NCBI GenBank assembly: GCA_051382335.1
Contig: JBBCAX010000042.1
Span: 1-18,615 of the forward strand
Length of the DNA stretch: 18,615 nucleotides
Direction of reading: 5' to 3'
From: Deltaproteobacteria bacterium TL4
GTDB lineage: Bacteria; SAR324; NAC60-12
The notes beneath the pieces were generated by a model. The model saw only the letters and a program-made list of their open reading frames with translations. It ran no database searches and had not been told where the DNA came from. Positions within the stretch are counted from its first letter, which is position 1, and the number at the start of each line of letters is the position of its first letter. The position numbers were made by a program, and so were the translations under genes. Positions 16,381 through 18,615 of the stretch are shown piece by piece.

Positions 16381-17040
16381 TTATTGTGTTTTTGAGAGCA
16401 AGGGAATCAGGTTATTTACGATCAGACTGGCCATTATTTGATGGCCTTTGGCATTTGGATGGATGCCATCCGGTTGATTCAACTCGGGAATACCGCCCAC
16501 GCCTTCCAATAAAAAAGGGATTAAATGAATTTTATAGTGTTGTGCCAATTCCGGATAAACCTGCTTGAAGGCTTGGACGTATTCGGGACCATAATTAGGC
16601 GGGATCTGCATTCCCGCAAGAAGGATAAGCATTTTTTTTGTCAATGCCAACTCAATGGTTTGGGCAAGATTCTGTTTCATCTGAGCGGCGTTGAGTCCTC
16701 TCAAACCATCATTTCCTCCTAAGGCCAGGATGAGAATATCAGGTTTCACTTTTAAAAACCATCGTAAGCGGGATAACGCACTTGCGCTTGTGGATCCACT
16801 GACTCCCGCGTTGATGATGTTCACCTTGTAGCCTTGTGCGTCGAGTTGTTTTTGTACCAGGTAAGGGTAGGCTTCTGTTTTTTCCACCCCATATCCTTCC
16901 GTCAAAGAATCTCCGAGTATGATGACTTTTGTTTCCGCAAACAACGCACCCTGGCCCCAAAGAATCAGGCATAGCAACAGCATCATGCCTCTGACCCAAC
17001 AAGCTTCCCCTGTGTTTTTTGCTGTCTTCATCTTTTTCAT
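16381..17040 (-). CDS. tesA: GDSL/SGNH arylesterase / acyl-CoA thioesterase I
   Basis: Blocks GDSLTEG, NAGVSG, GGND and DGIHP; signal-peptide-like N-terminus. The true start may be ATG 16986/16983. Confidence 0.92.
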   Translation of the reverse strand: MKKMKTAKNTGEACWVRGMMLLLCLILWGQGALFAETKVIILGDSLTEGYGVEKTEAYPYLVQKQLDAQGYKVNIINAGVSGSTSASALSRLRWFLKVKPDILILALGGNDGLRGLNAAQMKQNLAQTIELALTKKMLILLAGMQIPPNYGPEYVQAFKQVYPELAQHYKIHLIPFLLEGVGGIPELNQPDGIHPNAKGHQIMASLIVNNLIPLLSKTQ

Positions 17041-17313
17041 CCCTTATTGCTCACCCGTCCCGAAAAGATCCCCAAGGATCCTGGTTTTAATTTGTGAAAG
17101 TCTTCTCATTTTTCGTAAGTGTAAGACATTTTGTCAAAGCATACAATCTGGAAATGAGGTGTTTGCGCAGATTAATGAAAAACCACAACACTTCTTCTTG
17201 ACAGAACTTGTTACAGATTTTAAACGAAAGGAGCACTTCAAAAAGTTTACAGAAACATGGCTTCATGGTTCCTGATCCCAAAGCGCATTGAAATTAAAGA
17301 AAGAGGGTTTGTT

Positions 17314-18192
17314 ATGAGTGAAATAGAAAAAATCCTGCTCATGCGGGATCAGAGGGGAATCGCCTCGAAAGTCAGCAAAGAACTGCCACTCCATAACTTG
17401 AGTGAAATTGCAAAGAAGCTATCTTCGAAAAAAGGAAAAGTTCTCATCGCCACCGGTTTTATGATCAATCAAAAACAAGAGACGGATGGACCCCCTGGGG
17501 CAATATTTTTAGGCAGAGGTCTCCATAAACTCGGGTTTGATGTTATTTTTTTATCAAATCACGACTGTAGGGAGATGCTTAAAACCATCGTTGAGTTTAA
17601 CTCAGTGTTTATTGATTTTCCGGTGTTTGACTTGAACGAAAGTATTCCTTTTTCTAACGAAATCCTTCACCGCTATACCCCCACCTGTTTGATTGCTATT
17701 GAGTGTCTCGGGTTAGGGAAGTCCGGTAGGTACCATACGTCGAGAGGTATCGATATTACCGCGGTTACTCCAAAAATTGATACTTTATTCAACAGCGCCA
17801 AGGAAACACAAATTTATACGGTGGGGATAGGCGATGGTGGTAACGAAATTGGATTTGGAAATATCGAAACTGACACACTGACTGGGATTTGTTTTGATCC
17901 GTCAACTGTTAAAACTTCAGCTTTAATTGTATCCTCAGTCTCTAACTGGGGGGCTTATGGACTGATTGCTGAGCTGTCTTTAATCAAAAATGAGAATTTA
18001 TTACCTCGTGTTGAAGAGGAAGAACGTGTCCTCAAGCATTTAGTTAAAATGGGTGCTGTGGATGGCATGTCAGGTAAAAACACGGTACAAGTTGATGGTT
18101 TGAACCTGGAGGAAAATAGTCGTTGTTTAACGGAACTTCACAGACAACTGGAAGCACTCAGGCGTTCGTCCACCAACTCTGTTCAAAAATAG
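17314..18192 (+). CDS. DUF4392 / D-glutamate cyclase-like protein
   Basis: Motifs TGF, ETDGPPGA, GIGDGGNEIG, SNWGAYGL and GAVDG. Start moved to ATG 17314 (AGAGGG SD). Confidence 0.85.
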   Translation: MSEIEKILLMRDQRGIASKVSKELPLHNLSEIAKKLSSKKGKVLIATGFMINQKQETDGPPGAIFLGRGLHKLGFDVIFLSNHDCREMLKTIVEFNSVFIDFPVFDLNESIPFSNEILHRYTPTCLIAIECLGLGKSGRYHTSRGIDITAVTPKIDTLFNSAKETQIYTVGIGDGGNEIGFGNIETDTLTGICFDPSTVKTSALIVSSVSNWGAYGLIAELSLIKNENLLPRVEEEERVLKHLVKMGAVDGMSGKNTVQVDGLNLEENSRCLTELHRQLEALRRSSTNSVQK

Positions 18193-18402
18193 AGATAATC
18201 CGTTAAGTAAATTCTGGAATTGACTCCACTCCGTTCGTTTTTTCATTTTCTGTTTTTTGAATCGCTATCTGGATTTTGATTTCATAATTGGACATGGGAT
18301 TCTCGCTCCAAAAGGTTTTGATTATGGCAGACTAAAAGTACACCCCTTTTGAGGCTTGTGGCAGTCGAAAAACGCACCCCCTATTACCCAATAACGATCT
18401 TC

Positions 18403-18411
18403 TGATATAAT
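18403..18411 (+). promoter_or_regulatory. Extended -10 promoter element
   Basis: TGATATAAT matches TGnTATAAT and is followed by a GAGGAGG SD (18431-18437) and ATG 18443. Confidence 0.45.
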
Positions 18412-18442
18412 TAAAATTTATCTATTATCAGAGGAGGAAAGG

Positions 18443-18615
18443 ATGATAGGCATGAAATCATATGAATTAATCAGAACAGCCCATCGAGTCGGCACCTTTC
18501 ATTTTTCAGTTTACAGTTTTATAAAAACCTTTGGAGATGGTATAATGTTGACGTCCAAAACGAATCGTAAGATTCATCAACGTTGCTCCACTCAAAAGGA
18601 ATTGACCATGAAATT
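18443..18615 (+). CDS. 5' start of a gene running off the window (start ATG 18443 or 18608)
   Basis: The frame from ATG 18443 stays open to the window end (MIGMKSYELIRTAHR...KELTMK). Both in-frame ATGs have SD sequences. Product unknown. Confidence 0.4.
   Translation, partial: MIGMKSYELIRTAHRVGTFHFSVYSFIKTFGDGIMLTSKTNRKIHQRCSTQKELTMK
18518..18546 (+). promoter_or_regulatory. sigma70-type promoter
   Basis: TTTATA-N17-TATAAT with TG extension (TGGTATAAT), followed by an AAGGA SD (18596-18600) and ATG 18608. Confidence 0.55.

Noticed and set aside
1696..17281. Remaining short antisense or nested track ORFs (e.g. 2057-2395, 9545-9856, 13204-13494, 16092-16322, 16919-17275)
   Set aside because: They lie opposite or within well-supported genes and show no recognisable motifs.

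Overview
Bacterial chromosomal window, probably from a deltaproteobacterial/SAR324-like lineage (inferred from gene content only). The left ~1.05 kb is a minus-strand stack of mobile-element debris that the ORF track misses. It holds a group II intron (5' end GTGCG at 1051) whose reverse-transcriptase ORF carries a premature stop and breaks off at ~184, then a REP-like GC-rich inverted-repeat doublet, and the 5' end of a second, class IIC-like group II intron (GTGCG at 112) inserted into that doublet. The rest of the window contains, in order: a Zn-ribbon MotA/TolQ/ExbB gene with an Asp-less single-TM partner; a secreted Gly-zipper protein; a secreted DNase I/EEP-fold protein lacking most catalytic residues; a sigma54-type promoter ahead of an FlhG/MinD-like ATPase and a degenerate J-domain/RodZ-type HTH protein; RNase P RNA (rnpB); a putative operon of LD-carboxypeptidase, a small membrane protein and a JAMM(Mec-like)-cystathionine gamma-synthase fusion; a hypothetical protein with a 21-bp coding VNTR; tesA-ybbA-ybbP; a DUF4392/D-glutamate cyclase-like gene; and the start of a further gene at the right edge. 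The best candidates for new biology are the JAMM-CGS fusion, the nested intron/REP stack, the non-canonical ion-motor pair and the EEP pseudo-nuclease.
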